Positions 9,916 through 21,565 are shown, numbered from the stretch's first letter. The stretch: DNA of 64,000 nt from an uncultured Phycisphaerales bacterium (GCA_963755915.1 CAVWLP010000002.1:4704001-4768000), one strand, 5' to 3'. Translations and numbers: made by a program. The notes: a model not told the origin generated them from the letters alone.

Positions 9916-10137
9916 CTATTTATGGCGCATAATCTGCCGGCTCTTGCGCGGGCACGCCCTGCCGTTCCTGTTGCCGCAGACCAGGCAGGCTTCGGCCACT
10001 TCCCTGCGGATGGTCAGCCATGGTGATCCGTGGATGAGTCGCCGTCCGATGGCCGCGGCCATCAGTCGCAAATACGGGTCCCGAATCGCTGATTCATCGA
10101 GAAGAAACTCCGATTCCAGTTCAATCAAAGTATTCAT
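9916..10137 (-). CDS. small hypothetical protein (73 aa) with Cys-rich C-terminus
   Basis: GGAGG, 5 nt, ATG at 10137; MNTLIELESEFLLDE...CLVCGNRNGRACPRK. Confidence 0.45.
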   Translation of the reverse strand: MNTLIELESEFLLDESAIRDPYLRLMAAAIGRRLIHGSPWLTIRREVAEACLVCGNRNGRACPRKSRQIMRHK

Positions 10138-10288
10138 AACGGCCTCCAGACCCTTCCAGGGCGGCTTATACTCCATCACCGCCATATTGTTCAGCGTAGG
10201 GATAGGACACGGCGGAAGCGGAGAGCATCTCAAGAATCGGGGTCCCGAAAATCGATCGAGCCAGGGGGAATGCTCGAATAGAGCGCCG

Positions 10289-12283
10289 TCAATCTTCCGC
10301 GTGCCACAGCGCCTTGGCCGGAATGATTTCCTTCTGATCGTCGGCAGTGATCCAATAAAGCAGCGCGTGGCCGCCGCCGTTATGGTTCCAGTATTCGATC
10401 GTGATCTGATGCGTGCCGGGAGAAACCGGCTTTCGATAACCAACACTGGCGACGGTGATGAAAGCGATGACCTGGTTGCCGTCGAGGAAGACGCGACCGG
10501 CATCGCGTGCCGCGAAGACCAGCCCGTTGATGCCCCCCGCGGGAACCAGCAGCACGCCCTTCCAGCGGATGGAATAGCGCGGCAGCGGCAGCCCCGGCGC
10601 GGGGGCAACATCGCGCCCCATCTGAAATTGACCTGCGGATCAACGCGCGAAAGGAAGAGACTTTGGAATTGCCCCCCTTGAAAAATGTCTGCGGTCAGGC
10701 CCGGCTGGAACTTCCCTGCGGGGAGGAAAACTTCGGGTAGGCTGGGGACGGCAATAGGGAGGTCTGCAGCAGACGGTTGCGTGGCCGGGGGAGCCTGGGC
10801 AATGGCAGTCGGACGCGTCGCGGCAAGGGATTCTGCAATCGGGCTCGGCGGGGTCGCGGGCGATGTGAATCTCACGATCTCAGGCCGCGGGATCTTCTGC
10901 GGTTTTGGAAGAATTGCCGGTTGAGTGGCCGGGAGAGCGATTGATGCAACGAGGGGTTGCGTCGCCGGAGCCGCGGGCGCAATGGCGATCGTCTGCGGCG
11001 GCGGCTGATATCGGATCGTCAGGACAACGGCAACAGCCGTGGCGACCAGCGCAATCATGCCCAGCGCCAGGGAAATGACGTTGGTCTGATGTCGCCGGAG
11101 GAATTTCCCGGCGCGATAGATCCGGCTCGGTGGCCGCGCCCAATCGGCTCGTCCGCCAGAAATCGCCCCACATCTGCCGCCAGCGCTTCGGCCGATTCGT
11201 AACGCCGGTCCGCGGATTTCTCCATCGCCTTCATCACGATGCTGTCCAGATTGCGCGGCAGACGGCGCAATGCGCGCAAGCTTGGCCGCGGCGGATCCTC
11301 TTCCAGCAGAATCTGCTGAATCCGCGTCATCGTCAGCGATTTCCACCCCTCGGCGTCAAACGGCGCAGCATCCGTCAGCATTTCATAAAGGATCGCCCCC
11401 AGCGAATAGACATCCGTGCGGACGTCGAGCTTGTCGTGCCGGCCCGCGGCCTGCTCGGGACTCATGTACAGCGGCGTGCCCAAAAGCTGCGTCTGATCGA
11501 GCATCGTCATGCGCGGATCGAGGTTTTCCTCGCCGCTGAGCGCCTTGGCGATGCCGAAGTCGATCACCTTGGGCGTGGCGGCGCGATCGACCCGCGTTAC
11601 CAGCACGTTTCCCGGCTTCAGATCGCGATGAATGATCCCCTTCGAGTGTGCATGCTGGACGGCCATGCAGACGGTCTGGAAAAGTTTCAGCCGGGCCAGC
11701 AGATCGAGCCCCCCTTCCCGGCAGAAATCGGTGATCGGCTTCCCGTCGACCAGCTCCATGACGAAGTACGGCCTGCCCCCGGGCGTAGCGCCGGCATCCA
11801 GAACACCGGCGATGTTGGGGTGATTCATCCGCGCCAGCGATTCGCGCTCGCGTTCGAAGCGGGCCACGACCTGCCGCATGTCCATTCCCGGCTTGATCAC
11901 CTTCAGAGCCACCCACCGCCGCAGCGGCTGCTCCTGACGGGCGCGAAAGACCGTACCCGTTCCCCCCTCCCCGATCGGATCGGCAAGCAGATACGGTCCG
12001 ATCTTTTTCCCCGGCGCCAGTTTTTCGAAAAGCTCGGACTGCCCGGAAGAGATCGTCGGGTCGGCCAGGAAATCGCCGGCGCGCTCGAGAGCGCTCAGCA
12101 GGCTTTGCACTTCCGTTTTGAGCTGCTTATCGCTTCCGCAGGCGATGTCCAGCATGGTGGCGCGAGCAGCCGGAGCAAGATCGACGATCCGGTTGAACAG
12201 CTCCTGCACGGCCCGGCGCGGTGCTTGGCGGGACTGGAAGCTTGAGATTGGGAGGCGCGATCGCCGTCTTCGGCTTCGCTCAC
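10289..12283 (-). CDS. membrane Ser/Thr protein kinase with C-terminal PA14-like domain (frameshifted)
   Basis: GEGGTG, VALKVIK, HRDLKPGN, DFGIAK, GTPLYMSPEQA; TM helix; RVDPQVNFRWG..YSIRWKG..IEYWNHNGG; GTG at 12283 overlaps the sigma stop; several indels. Confidence 0.85.
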
Positions 12284-12834
12284 GTTTTAAATTCCTCCAG
12301 CGCCCGGAAGAGCCAGGCGCGGGCGTACGTCCACTCGCGGGCCGCCGTGCGCGGGGAGATTCCCAGCGTCTCGGCCGTCTCCTCGACGCTGAGCCCGGCA
12401 TAAAAGCGCAGCCGCACCACCGACGCCGCAAGGCCCGACTCTTCTTCAAGGCGCGAAATCGCCTCGTCGAATGCCAGGATCTCCCCCGAATCTGGAGCGG
12501 CGGCAAGATCGAGGACATTGAGCGGAACCCGATTGCCTTTCCCACCCCCCCGCTTCACCCGCCCCTTGGACCGGGCGTATTCGATCAGAATATGCCGCAT
12601 GGCTTCCGCAGCCGCCTTGAAAAAGTGCGCCCGGTTGGCGAATTTCCCGCCGGGAGCCAATCGCATATACGCCTCGTGGACCAGCGCCGTCGCCTGCAGC
12701 GTGTGACCCACGTTTTCCTGCGCCATCCGATGGCGGGCGAGGGTGCGCAGCTCATCGTAAACCAGCGGCAGCAGGTCCGAAGCCGGCTTCAAATCAGGCG
12801 GTTGCCCCGGTCTTTGGGGGTCTGGGCTTGACAT
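12280..12834 (-). CDS. ECF RNA polymerase sigma factor, STK-associated planctomycete type
   Basis: LLPLVYDELR, HTLQATALVHEAYMRL, AMRHILI, LRFYAGLS, REWTYARAWL. Confidence 0.92.
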   Translation of the reverse strand: MSSPDPQRPGQPPDLKPASDLLPLVYDELRTLARHRMAQENVGHTLQATALVHEAYMRLAPGGKFANRAHFFKAAAEAMRHILIEYARSKGRVKRGGGKGNRVPLNVLDLAAAPDSGEILAFDEAISRLEEESGLAASVVRLRFYAGLSVEETAETLGISPRTAAREWTYARAWLFRALEEFKT

Positions 12835-13059
12835 AGTGTTTTCCCGGGCAGGTCCTGGCGCGGCATTATAAGGATCGGCCCATTTCCGCGAATTTTCAGG
12901 AAACAATTCACCGCAATTTTGTGATACAATAAATCTTGGCAGGCGACGCAGAATTCTGTCGCCTTAACGGGCGAGGCTCGAAACAAGAATGAAGAACTAC
13001 ACTCGCGGACGCAGCATTTTTGCTAGAATCTCAACCATCTGAAGAGGGATTTCCAAACC

Positions 13060-13913
13060 ATGCGACACACATATCTTGGGGCAGCGATTGCGGTGTTGGT
13101 GCTGGCGATTGGCGGCGGCCTCGCCCGCGGCCAGGATGATAAAGACACCGCCCCGACCAACGACAACACCCTTTCGCCAACGGTTAAGCTTGAACTTGAA
13201 GTCGACGCCTTAACCACCCTGAACGACCTTAATCTGTCCGCGACCCAGCTTTCCGCCCTCAAGGACACGGCTTCCGACACCGCCGGCTCGCTCTCGGAAA
13301 CCCCCACGCCCATCAGCGATGATTACAAGGCGGCGCTAAAGGGCCTCAAGACCGCCCTGGTCGGCGGCAACGACGACAAAATCGAAACCGCCGAGGACAG
13401 CGTCGGTGACCTTGCCGATAAACAGGACGATGATTCCGAGCCGGACATCGAACAGTCCCAATCGGCGAAGGAGAAGGCGGCAGCGCTCGTGAAGTCCCTG
13501 TCCGTCAAACAATTGGCCCAATACTTGAGTGCCAATGCCGATGAGATTGACGATCCCACCCAGGTCGTGACCGACGCAATCCATCAGTCGCGGGGCATGT
13601 CAGACGATGATTTTCGGATCTCGTCGACGACACGACGCAGGACCTGACCATTTTCCTGGCCGGACCCAATCCAACCAAAACGCCGGCCGTTATTGGCAAA
13701 GTGAAGTCACTGCTCACTCGGGCGCACAGGATGAAGGACGACGAATACAGCGACCAGCAATCGGCCCTCGAGGCCGATGCCCGCAAGCTCGTGGGCGGAG
13801 TTGATCCCGTAAACTGCATGCGTCACTGGATGGAAAACGAAATGGCCGATCTGCTCGCCAACCCGGAGTTGTCCCAGGCGATCGACGACTGGACCGCGGC
13901 GGGCAAAGGATAA
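13060..13913 (+). CDS. secreted acidic hypothetical protein (one frameshift near 13612)
   Basis: Signal peptide ending ARG; Asp-rich; continues in another frame (DLVDDTTQDL...WTAAGKG*). Confidence 0.7.
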
Positions 13914-13983
13914 ACGGCTGCGTGAGTTCGAACCGGGTTCAAAAGAATCATTCAGTGCAGATATCAAACATTGGGGTTCAAAT

Positions 13984-14277
13984 ATGAAGCGATTGATTGT
14001 GGGTTTAATGCTCCTGACGATTCTGGTTGGATCTGTTCCGGGCCTCGCCGCGGATCAGAAGGACAGGGACAACGGCAAATCCTCCAGCGTGGAGGGGAAA
14101 ACGGCGGCGACGACGCGACCGGGCAGGCATCACCATCATCGCCGGCGGCGCCGACGCTTCATTTTCATCCATCGTCATCATCACCGGCATCACCGCCGCT
14201 GGCGGCTCCGCCGTTGGCTGCGCCGTCACCGCCATCACCGGAAAAAGAAGGGGTCGGGAACCTCGTCGAAAAAATGA
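13984..14277 (+). CDS. secreted His/Arg-rich small protein
   Basis: Signal peptide MKRLIVGLMLLTILVGSVPGLA then GRHHHHRRRRRRFIFIHRHHHRHHRRW... Confidence 0.6.
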   Translation: MKRLIVGLMLLTILVGSVPGLAADQKDRDNGKSSSVEGKTAATTRPGRHHHHRRRRRRFIFIHRHHHRHHRRWRLRRWLRRHRHHRKKKGSGTSSKK

Positions 14278-14300
14278 CCCGCCGAAAAAATGACCCGCGG

Positions 14301-16023
14301 CTACAGGAGCGACTCGGCAAGGTCCGCGAAATCCGAGCCCTTCACCGCCTCCAGTAGCTGTGCGTGATTCTTGAGACGCTGGCAATAAGGAATGTGGACT
14401 CGGGGCCGGCTCTCGTAGCGGAAATTGAATGACACGCCAAGCGCATCCGCGATGTCGCGAAGCGGGCCCGGACCATCCGGAATTCGTCCCCCGGCGGCCG
14501 AGCCGGTCTGCCCCGCAAGGTCTTCGAAAACACATTCGACCAGCTTGCCCCCCGCGGCGCCCTCCAGAAATTCCCGCCGAAAGCTCACGATCTTCCGCGT
14601 ATCTTCCAAACATCTTTCCGGGTCGATGCTGTACCGGCGATGGGGCTCGAAATCGTCCTCCCGCCAGTTTCTCTGGGCGGCCATCGATGCGGAAATGGCG
14701 CACTGGAGAATGTTGTGCCGCGTGGTGTGAATCAATGTCGCGCCGCGCGCCTTGAGATAAAGCAAAAAAAATGGCGGACGCGTCGTGCTCCAGTTGATTG
14801 GCGCCAGATGCCGCAGGTGCGTGTACTTGATATCGATGCCGATGGCCCGGCAGTGGCTCTTGTCGGACCCCGACCATTGGTTGCGGATGCGATAAAGCAT
14901 GAACTGGAAATAGCGGTCCAGCAGTGATTCCATCTCTCCCGGGCTCATGGGCGGAAACGTATTCGGCGGAAGGCTGCGCAGATAATTATCCCAATGAGCG
15001 GCCGCCGCGCTGGGCGACAGAACTTCGCCCATCATGGCAATCTCATCGCTGGTGTTCAGGATATTCCGCAGCAGGTTTGACCCCGTGCGATGCGAGCCGA
15101 TCACGGCGAAGAAATCGGCGCCCGCTCCCCGAAACATCGCCTGGTCCTTGAACGTGAATTGCCCGGACGGCCCGGACGGATCGGTGCGGACGATCAGATC
15201 GTGCAGCGAATTGCTGAGCCGCTTCCACGCCTCCCAGAAATCCGGTGAATCGGGGCCCTCGTGATCCGCGGCCAGATGATGCAGGCGGAAATAGGTTTCC
15301 CGGGTGAGATTGCTGATAAACGGGATGGAATCAAAATCGTCGTCCCCAAAATGGTTGTGACGCAGCTCGGGGTCCACGAAATTCCGCGTGAAATCGTGAA
15401 GATCCGGATGGTCGCCCGCAACCGGAATCTCCAGCGCATGGGCGACGCGCCCGAGCTGCGACTCGGGGTCGGCCATCAGCAAATCGTAATCGACCACCAC
15501 AAACCGGCGATCGCGCAGAAGCGAAAAATAGGGAACGATATAGCTAAGCGAAAGCAGATGGGCCGTCGCCGCCGGCATGTTCTGCCGTTTCAGAAGCGAT
15601 GCCGCGATGCTGACCGGGTTGCGGATGGCCACGATATAGCGGTCGTCGACGCCCAGCTCATCGAACACGGCTCGCCAGAACGGGAAGAGCCGGATGATGC
15701 GGGGGTTTTTGAACCCCCACAGCGGATTTTTCGCGAAATCGCGCAGATAGCCGACCGCCTCGGCACGGAGATCGAGCACCGGCTTCGTCTGCCACTGGGC
15801 TTCGTCAATCACGGATATGCTTTCCCAGTTGAGGCCCAGCAGCGTCAGCAGGCGCTCGCTGAGATCGTTGACCCCTTTATCTTCCCAATATCCGGTCGGA
15901 TTATCCGGCCGGCTGGCCAGGAATTGATCGCCGATGTGAACGCCAAGCGCCTTAAGCCCGCGCGAGGACGCTGGTGCCGCTTCGGTGCATACCGACGACC
16001 ACAATGGCCCGTGAAGGTGCCAT
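14301..16023 (-). CDS. tandem two-domain sulfotransferase family protein (frameshift near the 5' end)
   Basis: MAPSRAIVVVGMHRSGTS from ATG 16023, WGFKNPR, RNPVSIAASL; second PAPS loop GSHRTGSN. Confidence 0.8.
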
Positions 16024-16056
16024 GATTGGATTCTAAGTCCCGCTGGATGGGTTGGC

Positions 16057-18167
16057 TCAGCCGGTGACCGCCGGACCCTGCTCGCCGCGTGACAGCGGCT
16101 TGCCGACCTCGGCGTCTTTTTCGAATTTCATCCCCTGCCCGTAGCGGATAATCCGCCGAAGCGCCGGCTCTACCGCGGCAGAAATCTTGTAATCCGGCGC
16201 GGTGTAGCAGCGAACGCTGCGGATCGCGTTGGCGATCGAATGCACCAGGTTGTCCTGGTCCGGATCTTCGCGATACCAGACGAACACTTCCGGCATCGTC
16301 TCGATCCGCAGGCCCGCCAGCCCCGCCTTGGAGAAGATTTCCCAGTCGTCCAGCGTGCCGGCCGCTTCGTCGTCGAATCCGCCGATCTGCTCGAAAGCTT
16401 CCTTGCGGATCAGGCAACTGCTCGACCCAAAGCTGTTGATGAACGCCCCGGTCACGACATCGCCGCCGAGGAACGGCCGGCGGGAGTGCTCCATGCGCTG
16501 ATCGACCGACCCTTCGGTGGGGCCGATGTAGAAGCTTAGGGCGGAGGTCAGAACGTCCGCCTGCACGCGCTGCGCCACTTCGCGAATACCGAAATCGCGT
16601 TGGATGGAATCAGCAGCGTATGGTCGTCGACGAAAAAGAGATATTCGCCCTTGGCATGTTTGGCGGCCACGTTTCGCCCAACGCCCACGCGCCAGTCCTT
16701 GGAGTGAACATGCCGCAGAGTATGCGAGCCAAGCTTTTCCGGCCCCTCGTGCGGCCTGGCCGCACCGCCGCATTCGGCGACCACGATTTCCAGATTCGGA
16801 TAATCCTGCTGCTTAAGCGAAGCGAACGTCGCGCTGGCCGTCCCCGCGCGGGGATCACGTGCGAAGCAGATGCTGACGAGCGGGAACGGATCCTTGCGCG
16901 CCGATTTCCCCTTGCCGATGCTCGGCTGCATGGCGCTGGCGCTGCCGACGGTCCCGTGCCACTTAATCCATTTGCGTTCCACATCGCTGAACGACAGCGC
17001 CGGCCGCGCCGGCGCCAAACCATGGTCCAGCGCCGCCTGAATCCGATCCACCAGTGCAAACGGCTGCGGCTGGAAACAAACCTTTTCCCGATCCTCGGGT
17101 GCGATAATTTCCGGAATCCCGCCGACGTTCGCCGCCAGAAGCGGCACGCCGGCGCCAAGACATTCCAGAACCGTATTCGGATAATTGTCAGCCAGCGAGG
17201 CCACCACCGCCATCCGGCCCGGGCCGCGCAGATATTCAATCGCCGCCGCCTGGTGCTTGTTCGTCAGCAGTTTCCACGGCATCGACCATTTCTTCGCCCG
17301 CTCGCTGATGTAGCTGATGCTCGAGCGGCTGTAGAGAAACGTCTCCTTGCCCAAAAAACTGGCTTCGAACGATTGCCCCACGCCCCGCGCACTCAGTTCA
17401 TCAAGCGCATCGCAGAATACTTCCAGGCCCTTCCGCAACTCCAGCCGCCCGAAGAAAACCGCCTCGCGAATCTGATGCTTCGACGGCGTATGCCCCGGCT
17501 GTGCCGTGGCAACCTTCGGTAAAACGTAGGGCGTCACATAGGTCCGCTCCGGGAGCTCCCAGTTGTTCAGCTTCATCCAGTTCAGGAGATACTGGCTGGG
17601 GCTAACGACAACATCGGCCGCGGCAACGCTCATCCGCTCCATGTAATCAATTTCCAGCTCGCCGAGGGCGCGCAGGTTGTCGAGCCCCCCTTCTTTAACC
17701 CACATCGTCGGCCCATGCGTCCCCACGACGAAGATCGAATTGCGGAACGCCAACCCCTGCCGGCGGGCCAACAGGCTATAAAAGCCCAGTCCCTGGCATT
17801 CCGGGAAGTGGATGATGTCGAAATCTTCCTGGTGCGCCTTCATCCAGACGTAGGTGTGATAAGACACGCTCGACGCCCAGGCGGCGTGAATTCGCGGGTC
17901 GTGCGCCATCGGCAGGGGAATCAGTTGGATCCCCTTCTCATTCTTGTAGTAATTCACCCAGTCGGTGATGTTTCCATCGGTCGGATGACAACCCAGCAGG
18001 AACAGCACGGTCACGTCATGGCCGGCGTGCTTCAGGGCGTCAACGAGGCTGGTGTAGGCTGACCCGACCCCCGCATTTCGCGACGGGCCTTCGATTTCCC
18101 ACGTCGCCACACATATTCGACGCGGACCATCCCCGCCTAATCCAGTCTCCGGAAGTGAAGGAAACAT
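16057..18167 (-). CDS. GT4-GT2 fused glycosyltransferase (frameshift near 16580)
   Basis: FFGRLELRKG, DNYPNTVLE, NVGGIPE (GT4); GRNVAA..AKGEYLFFVDD, GGFDD, DDWE (GT2). Confidence 0.85.
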
Positions 18168-18341
18168 TTTGTTCTTTCTCCCTTGAAAAAGAGGTTAACC
18201 AACGTCATTTCCATGTCGCTGGCGGTTCAAGCAATGGATAGCGGATCGTTCGCATTTGTTCAAGAAAAAATGATTTTCGCGACGTAATTGCCGCGTTCTC
18301 AAGGGCTTTTGCGATTTTGAGCCCCCCCGGACCCTAACTCG

Positions 18342-19130
18342 CTATTCCATCTTTACCAGCAATCCCAATGACCGTGCTGATTGAAACATCCAGCGAAAGA
18401 AAAACACGGCCAGCACGAAATACGCGACATTCAGCCCCAAACCCCACCGAAAATGTTCAAAAGAAATTCCCCTCCCCGCCAGCACCTGCCGCATCCCCTC
18501 AAAACAGTGCGCCGTCGGCAGTACCCAAGCCACCGGCCTCAAAAACGGCGGTAGCGCGCTCAGCGGGTAAAAAACGCATGAAAGCGGCATCAATAGCCCC
18601 GCCACCCCCCACGCCAGAACCTGAAACCGCGTCGTATACCTAAAAATCAGCCCCGTCACCGCCACCCCCACCGCCAAACCAAACAGCACCAAATTGAACA
18701 GGAACGGCAAAAACGCAATCAGCAGCGGGAATATATTAAATCGATAGCAAAGCAGTGCGATGACCGCTTCGAAAATCATCCCAATCGCCGCCTTCACAAG
18801 ATTTATCGCGATCAACCCCGTGATGTATTCCGAAACGCTCAGCGGCGACCCAAAAAGGTTCAGCAGGTTTCGCGACCACAGTTCCTCCAGAAACCCAACC
18901 GCCATGTCGCGCTGAAAGGCATTGAACAGCCCCCACAGAATGACCGCCGCCAGCAGCGCCCCCACGATACCCGCCTGCTGCGTGCCGCGATGGGAAAGAT
19001 AAAGCGTGAAAAAGCCCCAGACCACAATGTTCATGACCGGCCAATAGATCATGTTCGTAAGCTGGTTGGGGTTCCGCCGTACTTCGTAAAGATGGCGGAG
19101 GATGACAGCATTAATTCGATGAATCTTCAT
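18342..19130 (-). CDS. ABC-2 type transporter permease
   Basis: About six TM segments, FLEELWSRNL, VFYP..ALP, LP.AH.FEGMR. Confidence 0.88.
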   Translation of the reverse strand: MKIHRINAVILRHLYEVRRNPNQLTNMIYWPVMNIVVWGFFTLYLSHRGTQQAGIVGALLAAVILWGLFNAFQRDMAVGFLEELWSRNLLNLFGSPLSVSEYITGLIAINLVKAAIGMIFEAVIALLCYRFNIFPLLIAFLPFLFNLVLFGLAVGVAVTGLIFRYTTRFQVLAWGVAGLLMPLSCVFYPLSALPPFLRPVAWVLPTAHCFEGMRQVLAGRGISFEHFRWGLGLNVAYFVLAVFFFRWMFQSARSLGLLVKME

Positions 19131-19881
19131 CGTATCGAACTTCCTCAATGCGCCGCTTGGCCATGTGAACGAAGACTTCTTCCAGCGCCGGTTTCTCGCG
19201 CTTCTCATCCAGGATTTTCCGGGTCACCTCGATGGCGGTTCCGCTGGCGATGATCCGCCCATGGCTCAGAAAAATGAGCCGGGTGCAGGTGCTTTCCACC
19301 TCGCGCATGTTGTGGGAAGTGTAAATAATGGTCGTCCCGCGCTGCCGCTGAAGCTCCAGCAAAACTTCGCGCACCTGCATCGCGGCCTGGGGATCGAGAT
19401 AAGCCGTCGGCTCATCCAGCAGCAGAAGCTCGGGATCGTTCAAAAACCCCTTGCAAAGCCCCACCCGCGTCGTTTCCCCGGACGAAAGGCGCGAGACCGG
19501 CTTCTTTTTCAGATGGGCAATGCCGAAACGCTCCAGCAGTGCGTTGATCTTGGCCGCGGAGTCCGGAACATTATAGAGCCGCGCATAGATGTTCAGGTTT
19601 TGCAAAACGGTAAGCCGCGCCGGGAATGCCATGTATGGCGACGTGAAATTGGATCGGCCAAGGATCTCCTCCCGATTCTCATCCAGCGATTTCCCAAACA
19701 GGCGTATCTCCCCCGCCGTCGGAGCGATCAACCCCAGCAGCATGTGAATCGTCGTCGTCTTTCCCGCCCCGTTTGGCCCCAGCAGGCCGATGATTTCCCC
19801 CCGATCCACCGAGAAACTGAGATTGTCCACGGCCGTGAATTTGCCGAAGGTTTTGGTCAGCCCGGCGACGGAGACGATCAT
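19111..19881 (-). CDS. ABC transporter ATP-binding protein
   Basis: Walker A GPNGAGKTT, LSSGE signature, LLLDEPT, SH loop. Confidence 0.95.
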   Translation of the reverse strand: MIVSVAGLTKTFGKFTAVDNLSFSVDRGEIIGLLGPNGAGKTTTIHMLLGLIAPTAGEIRLFGKSLDENREEILGRSNFTSPYMAFPARLTVLQNLNIYARLYNVPDSAAKINALLERFGIAHLKKKPVSRLSSGETTRVGLCKGFLNDPELLLLDEPTAYLDPQAAMQVREVLLELQRQRGTTIIYTSHNMREVESTCTRLIFLSHGRIIASGTAIEVTRKILDEKREKPALEEVFVHMAKRRIEEVRYDEDSSN

Positions 19882-19925
19882 GCGGCCAAAGGGTACGATC
19901 AAGCCCCGGGAGAATCCAATCAGCG

Positions 19926-21446
19926 ATGAATGACGCCGGACAGCTCGATCAGTTAATGGCCCGGATGACCGGATTTCGAAACGCCGGTCGCCTCAGCGAG
20001 GCCATCGCCGTCTACCAGGAAATCGCCCGAATAGCGCCGAATGCGGCCGCGGCATACGCCAACCTCTCCACCCTGCTTATGGAATCAGGAGATGCCGACG
20101 CCGCAGCCCGGGCCGCCCAACAGGCAATCGCCGCCAACCCCGCATTTCACGGCGCCCACGTCGCATTGGCCGCCGCTCTCGAGGAAAGCGGCGAAATCGC
20201 GCAGGCAATCGTCGAATTCGATCGCGCAATCGAGCTGGCTCCCAATCAACCAAAGATTCGCAGCAGCAAGATCTACGCCATGGAATTCCTCCCCGGAATA
20301 TCGCCTGCCGATCTCTTGAGCGAGCAGCGCCACTGGGACCGCATCTACGCCAGCAAAACGCCCCTGGTGGCAAAACGATCCATCCAAAACCGCAAAATCA
20401 GGCTCGGTTACCTTTCCGCCTTCTTCTACCATCACGCCGAAGCGTTTTTCGTGTTGCCGCTGCTCCGCCACCATGATCGGACCAAATTCGAAGTTCATTG
20501 CTATTCAGACGTCGCCGGCGCCGATGACATTACCGCCCAACATCGCGCGGCGGTCGATTTCTGGCATGAATGCCGAAGCCTCTCTAACGACCAGTTATCG
20601 CAAAAAATCCGCGGCGACGAGATCGATATTCTCGTCGATCTGATGATGCACATGGGCCGCAACCGCGCGCCAGTCCTCGCGCAAAAGCCCGCGCCCATTC
20701 AAATCGACTGGCTGGCCTATCCCGGCGGCACCGGAATCGAATCAATTGATTATCGAATCACCGACCCCATCATCGACCCCTCCGCTGGGGACGATTCCTA
20801 CACCGAGAAAAGCCTGAGACTGCCCGACTGCTGGTGCTGCTATGACCCCCTCTCACGGATCTCCCCCGCCGCCCCGCGCCCAAATCGTCCAATCGTCTTT
20901 GGATCGCTCAACAATCCGCGAAAGCTCAATGAGCCCACAATCTCCTTATGGGCCCGGGCGATGCACACAACGCCCGATTCTAAAATGATCATCCTCTCCA
21001 TCAGCGCCCGCCAACGCGCATCGATCCTTGCAGCCTTTGAGTTATCTGGCATCGCTCCCAATCGCATCGAATTCGTCGGCCGAACCCGCCGCACCGATTA
21101 CCTGCGCCAATACGACCGAATCGATATCGCGCTCGATTCCCTCCCCTACAACGGCATCACCACCACCTGCGACGCTTTATGGATGGGCGCGCCCGTAGTC
21201 ACCCTTGCAGGACAAACCGCCGCCGGAAGAGTCGGCACCAGCCTGCTGACAGCCGCAGGATTTCCCGAGCTGGCTACGACCAGTGCCGATAAGTTTGTGG
21301 AAGTCGCAGAGCGCCTTGCCTCCGACCCACAAAAACTCGAACACTTGCGACTGACCCTGCGCCACGGTTGCGAACATTCAACCCTGATGAACCACCCCGC
21401 ATTTGCAAAGAACTTCGAGTCCGCACTAATCGAGACCTGCGCCTGA
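19926..21446 (+). CDS. TPR + O-GlcNAc transferase (GT41, SPINDLY-like)
   Basis: N-terminal TPRs; IRLGYLS, IDILVDL, KPAPIQ..WLAYP, FGSLNN.RK, DIALDSLPYNG.TT.CDALWMG. Confidence 0.88.
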   Translation: MNDAGQLDQLMARMTGFRNAGRLSEAIAVYQEIARIAPNAAAAYANLSTLLMESGDADAAARAAQQAIAANPAFHGAHVALAAALEESGEIAQAIVEFDRAIELAPNQPKIRSSKIYAMEFLPGISPADLLSEQRHWDRIYASKTPLVAKRSIQNRKIRLGYLSAFFYHHAEAFFVLPLLRHHDRTKFEVHCYSDVAGADDITAQHRAAVDFWHECRSLSNDQLSQKIRGDEIDILVDLMMHMGRNRAPVLAQKPAPIQIDWLAYPGGTGIESIDYRITDPIIDPSAGDDSYTEKSLRLPDCWCCYDPLSRISPAAPRPNRPIVFGSLNNPRKLNEPTISLWARAMHTTPDSKMIILSISARQRASILAAFELSGIAPNRIEFVGRTRRTDYLRQYDRIDIALDSLPYNGITTTCDALWMGAPVVTLAGQTAAGRVGTSLLTAAGFPELATTSADKFVEVAERLASDPQKLEHLRLTLRHGCEHSTLMNHPAFAKNFESALIETCA

Positions 21447-21565
21447 AGGTCCGAAGCCTGGACAACTTCCCGCAACGCGCCTTTACCCGTCCCATTTCTT
21501 GATTCCGCTGGCAGATCCACGGATTCACGCCCACTCCCGTGCGGCCACCGCGATATAATGCCGGC

